This document shows positions 47,466 through 56,652 of a DNA stretch of 64,000 nucleotides, piece by piece (positions within the stretch are counted from its first letter, which is position 1; every line of letters begins with the position of its first letter). The DNA is taken from assembly GCA_028704635.1 (NCBI GenBank), contig JAQWFB010000002.1:693-64692 (forward strand), in the 5' to 3' direction. The notes under the pieces were generated by a model. It was not told the origin of the DNA. It saw only the letters and a program-made list of their open reading frames with translations, and did not search any database. A program made the position numbers and the translations under genes. The stretch is from Candidatus Shapirobacteria bacterium. Its GTDB lineage: Bacteria; Patescibacteriota; Microgenomatia; UBA12405.

Positions 47466-48062
47466 ATGCCAAAAACTTCTGCAAAAACTAACAAAAAAGA
47501 GTTTCTTTTCAAACTCTCATCTTTAGAACCAAGCTTTGATGCCGCTTGGTACGTTGTTAATACTTATTCTGGTCACGAATACAAAGCTATCGAAGCTCTA
47601 AAAACTAGAATTAAAACTATGGGGTTGGAAGATAAAATTTTTCAAGCCATTGTCCCAATTCAAAGTAAAATGGTCATTCGTCGCGGTCAAAAAATTAAAA
47701 CCCAGGAAAAAACTTTTCCCGGTTATGTTTTAATTCAAATGGTTTTAACCGACGATTCTTGGATTACCGTCCGCACTACTCAAGGTGTTACTGGATTTAT
47801 CGGCATCGAAAACACTCCATCTCCAATTTCCCAAAAAGAAGTTGATCAAATTCTTCAAACTACCGAAGAAGACAAACCAAAATATCAAGCTCCATTTGCT
47901 ATTGGGGACGTCGTCAAAATTACTAATGGTCCATTCGCTGATTTCATTGGTACTATCGAATCAATCGATCAAGAAAAAGGTAAGATTAGAGTTTTAATCT
48001 CTATTTTCGAACGCGAAACCCCAGTCGAACTCGACTTTTTACAGGTTAGTAAAGAACTCTAA
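47466..48062 (+). CDS. nusG: transcription factor NusG
   Basis: WYVVNTYSGHE, FPGYV, GPFADF, IFERETPVELDF. Confidence 0.96.
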   Translation: MPKTSAKTNKKEFLFKLSSLEPSFDAAWYVVNTYSGHEYKAIEALKTRIKTMGLEDKIFQAIVPIQSKMVIRRGQKIKTQEKTFPGYVLIQMVLTDDSWITVRTTQGVTGFIGIENTPSPISQKEVDQILQTTEEDKPKYQAPFAIGDVVKITNGPFADFIGTIESIDQEKGKIRVLISIFERETPVELDFLQVSKEL

Positions 48063-48103
48063 CTTTATAACTTGACAAACTTTATAACTTTAAAAACTAA
48101 ATT

Positions 48104-48529
48104 ATGGCTAAAAAAATAAAAACAATTGTCAAATTAACTATTCCCGCTGGAAGCGCTAATCCAGCCCCTCCAGTCGGTACTGCTCTTGGTCCTCACGGTA
48201 TCAAGATTATGGATTTCTGTAACGAGTTCAATGAAAAAACCAAAGAAATGCGTGGCAGTCTTATCCCTTCTGTTATCACCATCTTCGAAGATCGTTCTTT
48301 TGAATTCATTATTAAAAAACCACCAGTTTCCGACATGATTAAAAAAATGACTGGCATTTCCAAAGGTGCTGTCACTCCTGGCCGCGAAAAAATTGCTAAA
48401 TTAACCATGGCCCAAGTCGAAGAAATCGCTAAAAATAAAATTGAAGATTTAAATACTAAAGATTTAGAAGCTGCTAAAAAATCAGTTATGGGCACTGCCA
48501 AATCCATGGGTGTCGAAATCATTCAATAA
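48104..48529 (+). CDS. rplK: 50S ribosomal protein L11
   Basis: [19 protein letters not shown]. Confidence 0.97.
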   Translation: MAKKIKTIVKLTIPAGSANPAPPVGTALGPHGIKIMDFCNEFNEKTKEMRGSLIPSVITIFEDRSFEFIIKKPPVSDMIKKMTGISKGAVTPGREKIAKLTMAQVEEIAKNKIEDLNTKDLEAAKKSVMGTAKSMGVEIIQ

Positions 48530-48532
48530 GAG

Positions 48533-48580
48533 TCTCCCTTGTCAAAGGGAGAAACATCGCGTTAGCGATGAGAGGGATTT
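48533..48580. repeat. CCCTT..AAGGG double-hairpin repeat
   Basis: tctcccttgtcaaagggaga aa catcgcgttagcgatg agagggattt. Confidence 0.7.
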
Positions 48581-48613
48581 AATCCAAAAATTATAAATTT
48601 AAAAAACAAAACT

Positions 48614-49357
48614 ATGAGCAAAACCACTCAAGAAAACAAGGCCAAAAAAGCCAAAGAACAAACCAAAGTGGAAGAGATTGTCAAAACTGACGATACTCAA
48701 AAGGCCGAAGAAGTTATTGAAACTTCAGAAACTCCACAAGAAGTCGCCGCAACCGTTAAAGTTGCTAAAAAGCGATCTAAAAAATATTCAGCCGCCAAGG
48801 CTAAGGTTGATGTTAATAAATATTATTCTCTCGCCGAAGCCGTCAAATTAGTTAAGGCTACTTCTCTTTCTAAATTTGAAGGTAAAGTTGAAGCTCATGT
48901 CACTATTTTTGATATTGGTAATATTGGTGAAATTAATTTCCCTCATCTCGAAACCGCCAGCAAAAAAGTGGTTATTTTAAATGACACTATTTTAGCTGAA
49001 ATTAAAGATGGTAAGATTGATTTTGATATTTTAATCGCCACCCCAGCTACCATGCCAAAATTATTGCCTTTAGCCAGAACTCTTGGTCCAAAAGGTTTAA
49101 TGCCTAATCCTAAAAATGGCACCTTAACCGACAAACCAGAAGAATCTCTTAAAAAACTTTCTGCCGCTAAAACCAATTTAAAAACTGAAAAGAAAGCTCC
49201 CGTTATTCATACTATTGTCGGTAAAATTTCGCAAAAAGACGAAGAAATTATTGACAATATTAAAGAACTCATCAAAGTCCTTAAGGTTAATAAAATTAAA
49301 AAATTAGTCCTTTGCGCCACCATGGGTCCATCAGTCAAGATCCTTATTGAAAAATAA
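48614..49357 (+). CDS. rplA: 50S ribosomal protein L1
   Basis: LGPKGLMPNPKNGT, TMGPS; internally shortened, acidic N-terminal extension. Confidence 0.93.
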   Translation: MSKTTQENKAKKAKEQTKVEEIVKTDDTQKAEEVIETSETPQEVAATVKVAKKRSKKYSAAKAKVDVNKYYSLAEAVKLVKATSLSKFEGKVEAHVTIFDIGNIGEINFPHLETASKKVVILNDTILAEIKDGKIDFDILIATPATMPKLLPLARTLGPKGLMPNPKNGTLTDKPEESLKKLSAAKTNLKTEKKAPVIHTIVGKISQKDEEIIDNIKELIKVLKVNKIKKLVLCATMGPSVKILIEK

Positions 49358-49374
49358 TATTTTTTCAAAAACAC

Positions 49375-49407
49375 AAAACCCCTCCTAAAAACATTGGAGG
49401 GGTTTTT
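49375..49407 (+). terminator. intrinsic terminator after rplA
   Basis: caaaacccctcc...ggaggggttttt. Confidence 0.75.
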
Positions 49408-49422
49408 GGTAGAATCATACAA

Positions 49423-50097
49423 ATGACATTTTTAAATATTTTTTATTCTTTTATTCTTTACTCTTTTCTCGGCTGGATAATTGAAACTACATTTGTTTCT
49501 ATCAATCGAAAACAATTTGTTAATATGGGTTTTCTAGATGGACCTTTCAGTCCTATTTATGGCAGTGGCGCTTTGGCTGTTATTTTATTAGTCTTTCCTC
49601 TTCACCATAATTTTTTTCTCTTCTTTACCATGTCTATAATTGTTGCTTCGATTATAGAATATATCACCAGCCTTTTTTTTGAAAAATTTTTTAATATCAC
49701 TTGGTGGGATTATTCTAATAAACCTCTCAATATTCAAGGTCGAATTTGTCTTGAATATTCTTTTTATTGGGGAATTTTATCCGCTCTAGTCTTAACTTTT
49801 ATTCATCCTCGAATTATCCCCTTCGTTAATTTTCTTTCCGATTATATTGGTCTAATTGGTATTATTATTTTTGCGATCTATTTTGTAATCGACGCCACTG
49901 ATACTTTTAAAGACCTTCTTCGACTTAAAAAAACTATTTCTCAAAAAATCAGCCGCCGTATTATTTCTAATAAAAAAATCTATCGCCTTATCAATTCTTT
50001 TCCTGATTTCAAATCCAAAATCAATAATGATTTTGTCATTAAATTAAAAACAAAAATAAGATCAAATTACCACCGACCTGATAAAATACATAAGTGA
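49423..50097 (+). CDS. putative ABC permease (CmpB/DUF1113-like membrane protein)
   Basis: YSFLGW, GFLDGPFSPIYG, WWDYS..N..GRICL. Confidence 0.82.
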   Translation: MTFLNIFYSFILYSFLGWIIETTFVSINRKQFVNMGFLDGPFSPIYGSGALAVILLVFPLHHNFFLFFTMSIIVASIIEYITSLFFEKFFNITWWDYSNKPLNIQGRICLEYSFYWGILSALVLTFIHPRIIPFVNFLSDYIGLIGIIIFAIYFVIDATDTFKDLLRLKKTISQKISRRIISNKKIYRLINSFPDFKSKINNDFVIKLKTKIRSNYHRPDKIHK

Positions 50098-50795
50098 AAA
50101 AAAATATTAATACTAATTTAGTTTTTCTACACGGCTGGGGTGGTTGTTGGCAATCTTGGTTTCCAATTATCAAGGCTCTTGAAAAAGACTACACCATTTT
50201 TGCTCCAGACCTACCTGGACATGGTCAAGAAAAAATTGAAAAAGTTTTAACTCTTTCCGATTATTCCAATTTTGTCAAAAAATATTTAAAGGATAATCAC
50301 ATTAAAAACCCTATTCTTATTGGCCATTCTTTTGGTGGAGCTGTAATTTGTGACTTATTGATTAAAAATCCAGATTTATCTTCAAAAGTAATTCTCGTTG
50401 ATGCCGCCCCAATTCGACACACTCCATCTAATAAACAAAAAATAATTTCCTTTGTTAGTAAATCACTAAACAAAATTTCTTTTTTACGGGATATTGGTTA
50501 CCAAATCACTGGCCTAAAAAACAGTGATTATTACCAAATCAAAAACCCCCTACTCAAACAAACTTTTTCCACGGTCATTAGAGAAGATTTATCTGATAAA
50601 TTAAAGAATATTAAAGCTAAAACATTAATTATTTGGGGTGAAAACGATGCCGACACTCCCCTTACTGACGGTCTTAAGATTCAAAAACTGATTCCAAAAT
50701 CAACTATAAAAATTATCAAAAATGCCAGTCATTTTTCTTATCTCGATAATCAACCAAAATTTATCACCGAAATTAAAAATTTTATTGAATCATGA
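50094..50795 (+). CDS. alpha/beta hydrolase
   Basis: LHGWG, DLPGHG, GHSFGG, WGENDADTP, HF. Confidence 0.9.
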   Translation: MKKNINTNLVFLHGWGGCWQSWFPIIKALEKDYTIFAPDLPGHGQEKIEKVLTLSDYSNFVKKYLKDNHIKNPILIGHSFGGAVICDLLIKNPDLSSKVILVDAAPIRHTPSNKQKIISFVSKSLNKISFLRDIGYQITGLKNSDYYQIKNPLLKQTFSTVIREDLSDKLKNIKAKTLIIWGENDADTPLTDGLKIQKLIPKSTIKIIKNASHFSYLDNQPKFITEIKNFIES

Positions 50796-51979
50796 AAATC
50801 AGAAATCTAATTTATCTTGCCCAACTCGAAGAATATCAGCCTGACCTAATTAAAAAATGGCTCAAAAATAATCCCGGCAAATCCGTCATTGAAATCAAAC
50901 ATCATTTAAAATTAACCTCAAAAACATGTCTAATTTATTTTTTAACTTCATTTTTTTCTCTTTTTTTAAACAATCAAAAAGCTCTATTTTTAACTCTAAA
51001 TTTATTATCACCATTTGATAAATTTTTTAAAAATATCTTAATCAAACTCGCCACTTTTAAATTCAAAATTTTTAACAAAAAAACAATTGTTATTGCCATT
51101 ACCGGATCTTGGGGTAAAACCACTACTAAAGAAGCTCTTTATGCTATTTTTAAAAACACTCCTCATGTTTTTTATACTCCCTCCAACCATAACACCATTC
51201 TTTCTATCGCCAAACAAGTTTTGTTTTTACCCACTTCAGCTAAAATTTTCATCTGTGAAATTGGTGCCTATCAACAAGATGATATTAAAAAAGTTTGTCA
51301 AATTATTAAACCCCAAATTGGCATTCTCACCGCTATCGGACCTATGCATTTAGAACGATTTGGTTCCCTAGAAAATATTTTAAAAACAAAAATGGAGTTA
51401 GCCGAAAGTTTACCTAAAAATGGAATTTTTTGGGCTCCTAAAAATCTGGTTTCGCAAATTCAAAAATTTTCTCTTCCCAAAAATACAAATTATTTTACTG
51501 ATTATTCTCAAATTTATTTTTCATTAGCTTTTAATTTTAATATTTCTCAAAAAGATGTTCAAAAAACCTTAGATTCTCTTCCTCCAGCCGAAAATCGTCA
51601 ACAAATAATTAAAAATGGACCCATTACTATTATCGACGACACTTATAATTCCAATCCAGCCGGATTTAAATTAGCTCTCGATAAGCTCCAAAAAATAAAA
51701 TCGGACCAAAAAATATTAATTACACCGGGAATGATTGAGTTAGGACCAATGCAATTTTCTGAAAACGCCAGACTGGCTAATATTGCTGGTAAAACTTGCG
51801 ATCACATTATTATTGTCGGCCAAACTAATAAAGAAGCCTGGATTTCAGGATTAAAAAATACATCCGCCAAAATCCACCTTATTCAAAATCTTTCTGAAAC
51901 AGAAACTCTTCTTCCTTCAATTTATCAAGGCACCACCGCTGTCTTATTTGAAAACGACCTTGGCGATCAATACTTCTAA
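50792..51979 (+). CDS. murF: MurF-like Mur ligase
   Basis: ITGSWGKTTTKE, HLERF, IDDTYNSNP, GMIELG, FENDL end. Confidence 0.8.
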   Translation: MKIRNLIYLAQLEEYQPDLIKKWLKNNPGKSVIEIKHHLKLTSKTCLIYFLTSFFSLFLNNQKALFLTLNLLSPFDKFFKNILIKLATFKFKIFNKKTIVIAITGSWGKTTTKEALYAIFKNTPHVFYTPSNHNTILSIAKQVLFLPTSAKIFICEIGAYQQDDIKKVCQIIKPQIGILTAIGPMHLERFGSLENILKTKMELAESLPKNGIFWAPKNLVSQIQKFSLPKNTNYFTDYSQIYFSLAFNFNISQKDVQKTLDSLPPAENRQQIIKNGPITIIDDTYNSNPAGFKLALDKLQKIKSDQKILITPGMIELGPMQFSENARLANIAGKTCDHIIIVGQTNKEAWISGLKNTSAKIHLIQNLSETETLLPSIYQGTTAVLFENDLGDQYF

Positions 51980-53107
51980 TTAATTACCAAATTTAACCCC
52001 ACCCTTAGCCGATTTGAGTAATTTTGTCTCAAAACTTCTTTGTAATTTTGACATTTTATTAAATCTTTCGAATCCTAAATCAATTAATTTATTTAATAGC
52101 TGAACATAGTTATACCCAGACTTTTCCCATAAATAAAAAGAAACCCCACCTGGCATAGTATTAATTTCATTAATATAAATTTTCCCCTTTTTAATGTTTA
52201 CTAAAAAATCAATTCTCGATACTCCACTCGCTCCTATTACCCTAAACGCTCTCTTTGCATAATCTTGAATTTGATCTCGCAATTTATCCTTAATTGGTGC
52301 TGGAACTAATCTGGTCATCCCCGCCATTCCTTTAGTTTTACTACCTCCTAAATATTTTTCATCATAACTCAATATTTTATCTCCTTTTATTGGTTGTTCA
52401 CAAACAGACGCTTCTAAATTATCCACCCCCATTACAGCACAATTAATTTCATCAATTCCAATTAAAGCCTCTTCGATTAATATTTTTCTATCAAATTCCT
52501 CAGCCACTTGAATTGCCCATTCCAATTCATTTCTATTTTTAGCAAAATTAATTCCAATACTTGATCCTAAATTTGCCGGTTTAATACACATTGGATATCT
52601 AATTACTTTTTCTAGTCTTTTTATTATTATTTCTTTATTAGATTCATATTCCCAATTCATAAACCAATCATATTTCACCACTGGTATTCCTTCCTTTTCA
52701 AAAACTTCCTTTTGGATAACTTTATCCATTCCTACTGCCGACGCTGTCACTCCACAACCGACATAAGGTATTCCCATCATCTCTAATAATCCCTGTATTG
52801 TTCCATCTTCACCATAAGCACCGTGAAGTGCTGGAAAAATAATATCAAAATCTTTATTTATACCAGTTCCCACCGACATTTTATATTCAACCAAATCAGT
52901 TTTATTTTTTAAATCCAAATTGAAATACGATTCCAACTTATCCAAATCTTTGCCAATGTACCATTTTCCATTTTTATTAATGTATATTGGTGTTACTTCA
53001 TATTTTTCTTTATCCAAAGCCGCAAAAATTTCCATCGCCGTCACAATTGATACCTCATGCTCCACACTTCGACTTCCAAACAATACCCCTACTTTTATTT
53101 TCTTCAT
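51980..53107 (-). CDS. ddl: D-alanine--D-alanine ligase
   Basis: SVEHEVS, LHGAYGEDG, KPANLGSSIG, RIDF, NEINTMPG. Confidence 0.94.
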   Translation of the reverse strand: MKKIKVGVLFGSRSVEHEVSIVTAMEIFAALDKEKYEVTPIYINKNGKWYIGKDLDKLESYFNLDLKNKTDLVEYKMSVGTGINKDFDIIFPALHGAYGEDGTIQGLLEMMGIPYVGCGVTASAVGMDKVIQKEVFEKEGIPVVKYDWFMNWEYESNKEIIIKRLEKVIRYPMCIKPANLGSSIGINFAKNRNELEWAIQVAEEFDRKILIEEALIGIDEINCAVMGVDNLEASVCEQPIKGDKILSYDEKYLGGSKTKGMAGMTRLVPAPIKDKLRDQIQDYAKRAFRVIGASGVSRIDFLVNIKKGKIYINEINTMPGGVSFYLWEKSGYNYVQLLNKLIDLGFERFNKMSKLQRSFETKLLKSAKGGVKFGN

Positions 53108-53122
53108 AAAAAATTATACCAT

Positions 53123-53698
53123 TTAAGCTCTAAATTCCTTATCCTTTTTCATCTCGTGTTCAATCAAATTCCTCAAAAACACTGATCGTGGCTGCATTCT
53201 TTTTTGTGCCACCCAATCCAAATAATTCAAAATTCTTGGATTAACGAAAAAATTAAATCTCACATCAATTAAACTGTCTGCTTTTTTTAATGCTTCTTTT
53301 ATCACCTGCTCAACATTATCTTTATCATATTCCGAAATTATCAATTTTGGATCATTAATACCCTTAATAAAAACCGGCACATGTTCCTTTTTATGTAAAG
53401 CAATCACTGGTTTATTCATCTCCAAAGCATTACTAATCAAATAACCCATCGACATACTATGTCCCGAAACTTCCATTATCACAATATCTGCCTTTTTAAC
53501 TGAATCAATTGACTGGATATAATTTTCTCTTTTTATTTTCTGTGGCACCCCACTCATATCTCTCACACCCGTTTTCACCCATCTCATCACTTTATCACTA
53601 ACCATTTTCCCTTCAGCCAACAAACACGAATACATCCTCGAATACAATTTTGGATCAATATCTACCAATCTGGCAGATGCTACAAAATATAATTTCAT
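53123..53698 (-). CDS. nucleoside deoxyribosyltransferase-like domain with ribbon-helix-helix-like tail
   Basis: LYFVAS, ADIVIMEVS..S..MGY, KPVIAL; tail RFNFFV..LD...RSVFLRNLI. Confidence 0.55.
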   Translation of the reverse strand: MKLYFVASARLVDIDPKLYSRMYSCLLAEGKMVSDKVMRWVKTGVRDMSGVPQKIKRENYIQSIDSVKKADIVIMEVSGHSMSMGYLISNALEMNKPVIALHKKEHVPVFIKGINDPKLIISEYDKDNVEQVIKEALKKADSLIDVRFNFFVNPRILNYLDWVAQKRMQPRSVFLRNLIEHEMKKDKEFRA

Positions 53699-53704
53699 AA
53701 ATCT

Positions 53705-54781
53705 CTACTTAATTATATCAAACTTTTCTTTAAAAAATCTTACATCTTGTTTAACCACTTTATCCCAATCTTGTTTTAAATTATGATCATTTTCCTCTCT
53801 AACATCCAAAATTACTTCTTTTCCCAACTCTTTTAATCTGTTTTGCAATTCTGATTGCCATTCCACTTTGCACCACACATCCGCCGTCCCCTGATGAATC
53901 AAAATCGGTGCCCCTACCCAATTATAAAAATTATCAATCGAATAAAGTTTACTGTCATATTCTTTTTCAAATTCATCAATTCGTGTTTTTACAATTTTCC
54001 CCGATTCACTATTTTCATCCATTGTGTCCAAGACACTGTTTGGAAAAGGATTAGTCATCGGCGCCCACAACACTGTTGGATAATTTCCTCCTGTAACTTC
54101 CAAAACCGAAATTGCAATCTGTCCACCATTACTGTGCGCCCAAATTCCAATTTTATTCGGATCCACAAAATCCAATTTTTTAACCGATTCAATTAAATCC
54201 AACACTCCCATTGGCTTCTCAAATCTCGCCTCTAAAATATCTTTTGATTCTCCATCGGACAAACCAAATCCTAAAAAATCTAAACTCACAGTTACAAAAC
54301 CATTTCTAGTCAATTCATCCGCCACTTTCCAACTACCAGAACCAATAAAATATCCCTCACTATCAGCAAAACCTCTAATCATAATAATCGCCGATGATTT
54401 TTTATTTTCATACTCTACTGGCAAATTCATCATTCCGCTTATCTTTTTTCCATTACTTTCAAAACTAATTGCTCTACTTTCAAAATCAAAAGTTTTTCCT
54501 TCCAAATCTCCTCTTTTTACTAATTCTTTTCTAGCTTCCATCACAGTTAAAACTTGACCTATCGTCTTAATTTCTGATGCTTTATTTATTCTTGTTTTTA
54601 AATTTTCAAAATTATATTGCGCCAAATAGCCAACATTTTTTTCTACCGCCGTCACTCCCACACCTGCACTCGCAGCAGAAATCATTTTTTTATCTTCTTT
54701 TGAAACCCACCATCCATCCGCCCAAGCCCAAAAACCCAAAGCTATTAATACAAAAAAAATAATAATAAATTTTTTTTTCAT
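53705..54781 (-). CDS. secreted S9-like alpha/beta hydrolase
   Basis: AHSNGG, HQGTAD, DHN; N-terminal TM. Confidence 0.82.
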   Translation of the reverse strand: MKKKFIIIFFVLIALGFWAWADGWWVSKEDKKMISAASAGVGVTAVEKNVGYLAQYNFENLKTRINKASEIKTIGQVLTVMEARKELVKRGDLEGKTFDFESRAISFESNGKKISGMMNLPVEYENKKSSAIIMIRGFADSEGYFIGSGSWKVADELTRNGFVTVSLDFLGFGLSDGESKDILEARFEKPMGVLDLIESVKKLDFVDPNKIGIWAHSNGGQIAISVLEVTGGNYPTVLWAPMTNPFPNSVLDTMDENSESGKIVKTRIDEFEKEYDSKLYSIDNFYNWVGAPILIHQGTADVWCKVEWQSELQNRLKELGKEVILDVREENDHNLKQDWDKVVKQDVRFFKEKFDIIK

Positions 54782-54912
54782 CTTCTTATCCTTACATTAT
54801 AACCAACCAATATTTAAAATTGACAAACTCAAAAATCTGACTAAAATACCACTTATCTAAATAAAGTGGAATATTTGCATTTCACTTATGTACTTTTAAA
54901 ATCAAAATCAGT

Positions 54913-54966
54913 TGAGCAGGTGCTCGGCTTGGACATTAATTTGTGTCTAAACCGAGCACTTGCTCG
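54913..54966 (+). other. long 5'-leader hairpin
   Basis: gagcaggtgctcggcttggaca / tgtctaaaccgagcacttgctc between TTGACA promoter (54820) and AAGGAG SD. Confidence 0.6.
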
Positions 54967-54995
54967 AAAAATAAAAAGAAAAAGGAGACTTTGAT

Positions 54996-55418
54996 ATGCA
55001 GACTATTTGCCACGAGAAAAAAAACCAAAAACCCAGCCAACGACTCATAAAAGAGGAATTGTTGTTATTGTCAGACGATCTTCAGAATTTTTTTAAGGAT
55101 AACAACAACAAAACGGGTACTATTTTCACTAGAATTTTCCAAAAATTGGAAAATATTGACCTCGTAACCAAGAGTATTGATTCCGAAATTCTTCTCTCAA
55201 TTTTAGTTATTTGCTGCAACAAAAAAAGCCAGATACCCGAAAAAATATGGCTCAAACTCGAAGCTGCAATCATCCGCAACATTCAAAATACCAAAAACCC
55301 AGCCTTTTTCAAAACCGCTAAAAACAGAACTTCTCTTTTTCAACAGTTCCATAACAGTAGTGAAATAATCTCTACTATTGCCGATTTTACAGAAAAAAAA
55401 TCCAAACAAGCAAACTGA
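54996..55418 (+). CDS. hypothetical protein
   Basis: AAGGAG SD, own promoter, hairpin after stop. Confidence 0.65.
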   Translation: MQTICHEKKNQKPSQRLIKEELLLLSDDLQNFFKDNNNKTGTIFTRIFQKLENIDLVTKSIDSEILLSILVICCNKKSQIPEKIWLKLEAAIIRNIQNTKNPAFFKTAKNRTSLFQQFHNSSEIISTIADFTEKKSKQAN

Positions 55419-55492
55419 TTTTGATTCCCAAGCCCGAAGCGTTTTTGAATTTTATATTCAATTACACCTCGGGCCTTTAATTGGCCTATAAC

Positions 55493-55538
55493 TTGAAATT
55501 AGACCTATAACTTGATACAATCCCCTGTTCATTAAAAA
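55493..55538 (+). promoter_or_regulatory. promoter P4 with CCTATAAC spacer motif + boxA-like element
   Basis: TTGAAA-ttagacctataacttga-TACAAT; second cctataac at 55485; GTTCATTAAAAA. Confidence 0.6.
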
Positions 55539-55560
55539 TCAATGAAAGAAGGTTTTGTAA

Positions 55561-56532
55561 GTGAAGAAAGATTTTTTGTTTGTCTCAGACATTCACGGCA
55601 GAAATGCCAAAATGGAAGTTGAACTATCGTTAATTGCTCAAAATAAACAGTCGAAACCAAAAATTGTTGTCTTTACTGGCGACATTGTCGGCACCTTTCT
55701 TTTGGATCAGCTTCAAAAGCTGTTCTATAATGGCGTCTACAACCACATTAAAAAACTATTATCAACAAATCCCAATCCCACCAATGAAGAAATTCTCTGG
55801 TTTCCGACAGAAAACGGGCTAACTCTTATCGATGGAGCTATTAACCTATGGAATTTTCTTGATAATTTAGATTATTCTGAAACTGATCCACCTAATATGG
55901 CCGATTACGTTCGAGAATTAGTCGAATATGTTCATTTTGGACATTTTGTCTCCAATCTTCCCAAAAAAATCTGTGATATTTTGAGGCAAGATATGGAAAA
56001 AAATGCCAAAATCTGGGCTGATATCATGACCCAATTTACCGACCAAGAAACTCTGGTTGTTGTTAATGCAGGTAATTGGGATGCCCGCCATCCGTTGGAT
56101 TTTTATCCAACAAAAGAATGCAAACCATTACCCGTCGAAGAAAGAGCTTTTTACTTTAAAGATTTTCTAAAATCATTAAATGAAAAAATCCTCTACTTTG
56201 ACAAAACAGACACAATCGAAACTGAAAACGAAATATTCGTTATCCTGCCATTTGACAGCGCCATCAATCTTGATCTTCCTAAACCTATCGCCACCGATAA
56301 AAAAATAGTTCTTATTTCACATGCCCAAGTTAACTGGCATGCCATTAAAGGTGATACACCAATGACAGCAGAGGGACAAAAAATTCAAGAGAATATGGAA
56401 AAAATTATTGCATTCTTGCATCCCGATTACGTCATCCATGGTCACCTTCACGATCCAGTTCCAGACTATTTATTCAACGGCATTCCCGTTAAATATTTAC
56501 CTCAGGGAACTTGTCGCTTCATTGATTTTTGA
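55561..56532 (+). CDS. calcineurin-like metallophosphoesterase
   Basis: SDIHG, TGD, GNWD, ISH, HGHLH. Confidence 0.85.
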   Translation: MKKDFLFVSDIHGRNAKMEVELSLIAQNKQSKPKIVVFTGDIVGTFLLDQLQKLFYNGVYNHIKKLLSTNPNPTNEEILWFPTENGLTLIDGAINLWNFLDNLDYSETDPPNMADYVRELVEYVHFGHFVSNLPKKICDILRQDMEKNAKIWADIMTQFTDQETLVVVNAGNWDARHPLDFYPTKECKPLPVEERAFYFKDFLKSLNEKILYFDKTDTIETENEIFVILPFDSAINLDLPKPIATDKKIVLISHAQVNWHAIKGDTPMTAEGQKIQENMEKIIAFLHPDYVIHGHLHDPVPDYLFNGIPVKYLPQGTCRFIDF

Positions 56533-56538
56533 TTCAAA

Positions 56539-56579
56539 CCCCGGGTTGCGCCAAAACGCATAAACCCGGGGTCTTTTTT
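56539..56579 (+). terminator. intrinsic terminator
   Basis: ccccgggtt..aacccgggg followed by T run. Confidence 0.75.
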
Positions 56580-56652
56580 CGTGGTAAAATCCACCGTCCC
56601 TTTAAAATCTGTTAAACTAATTTAAATTAATAAAAGAAAGAAGGAGTTTCTT

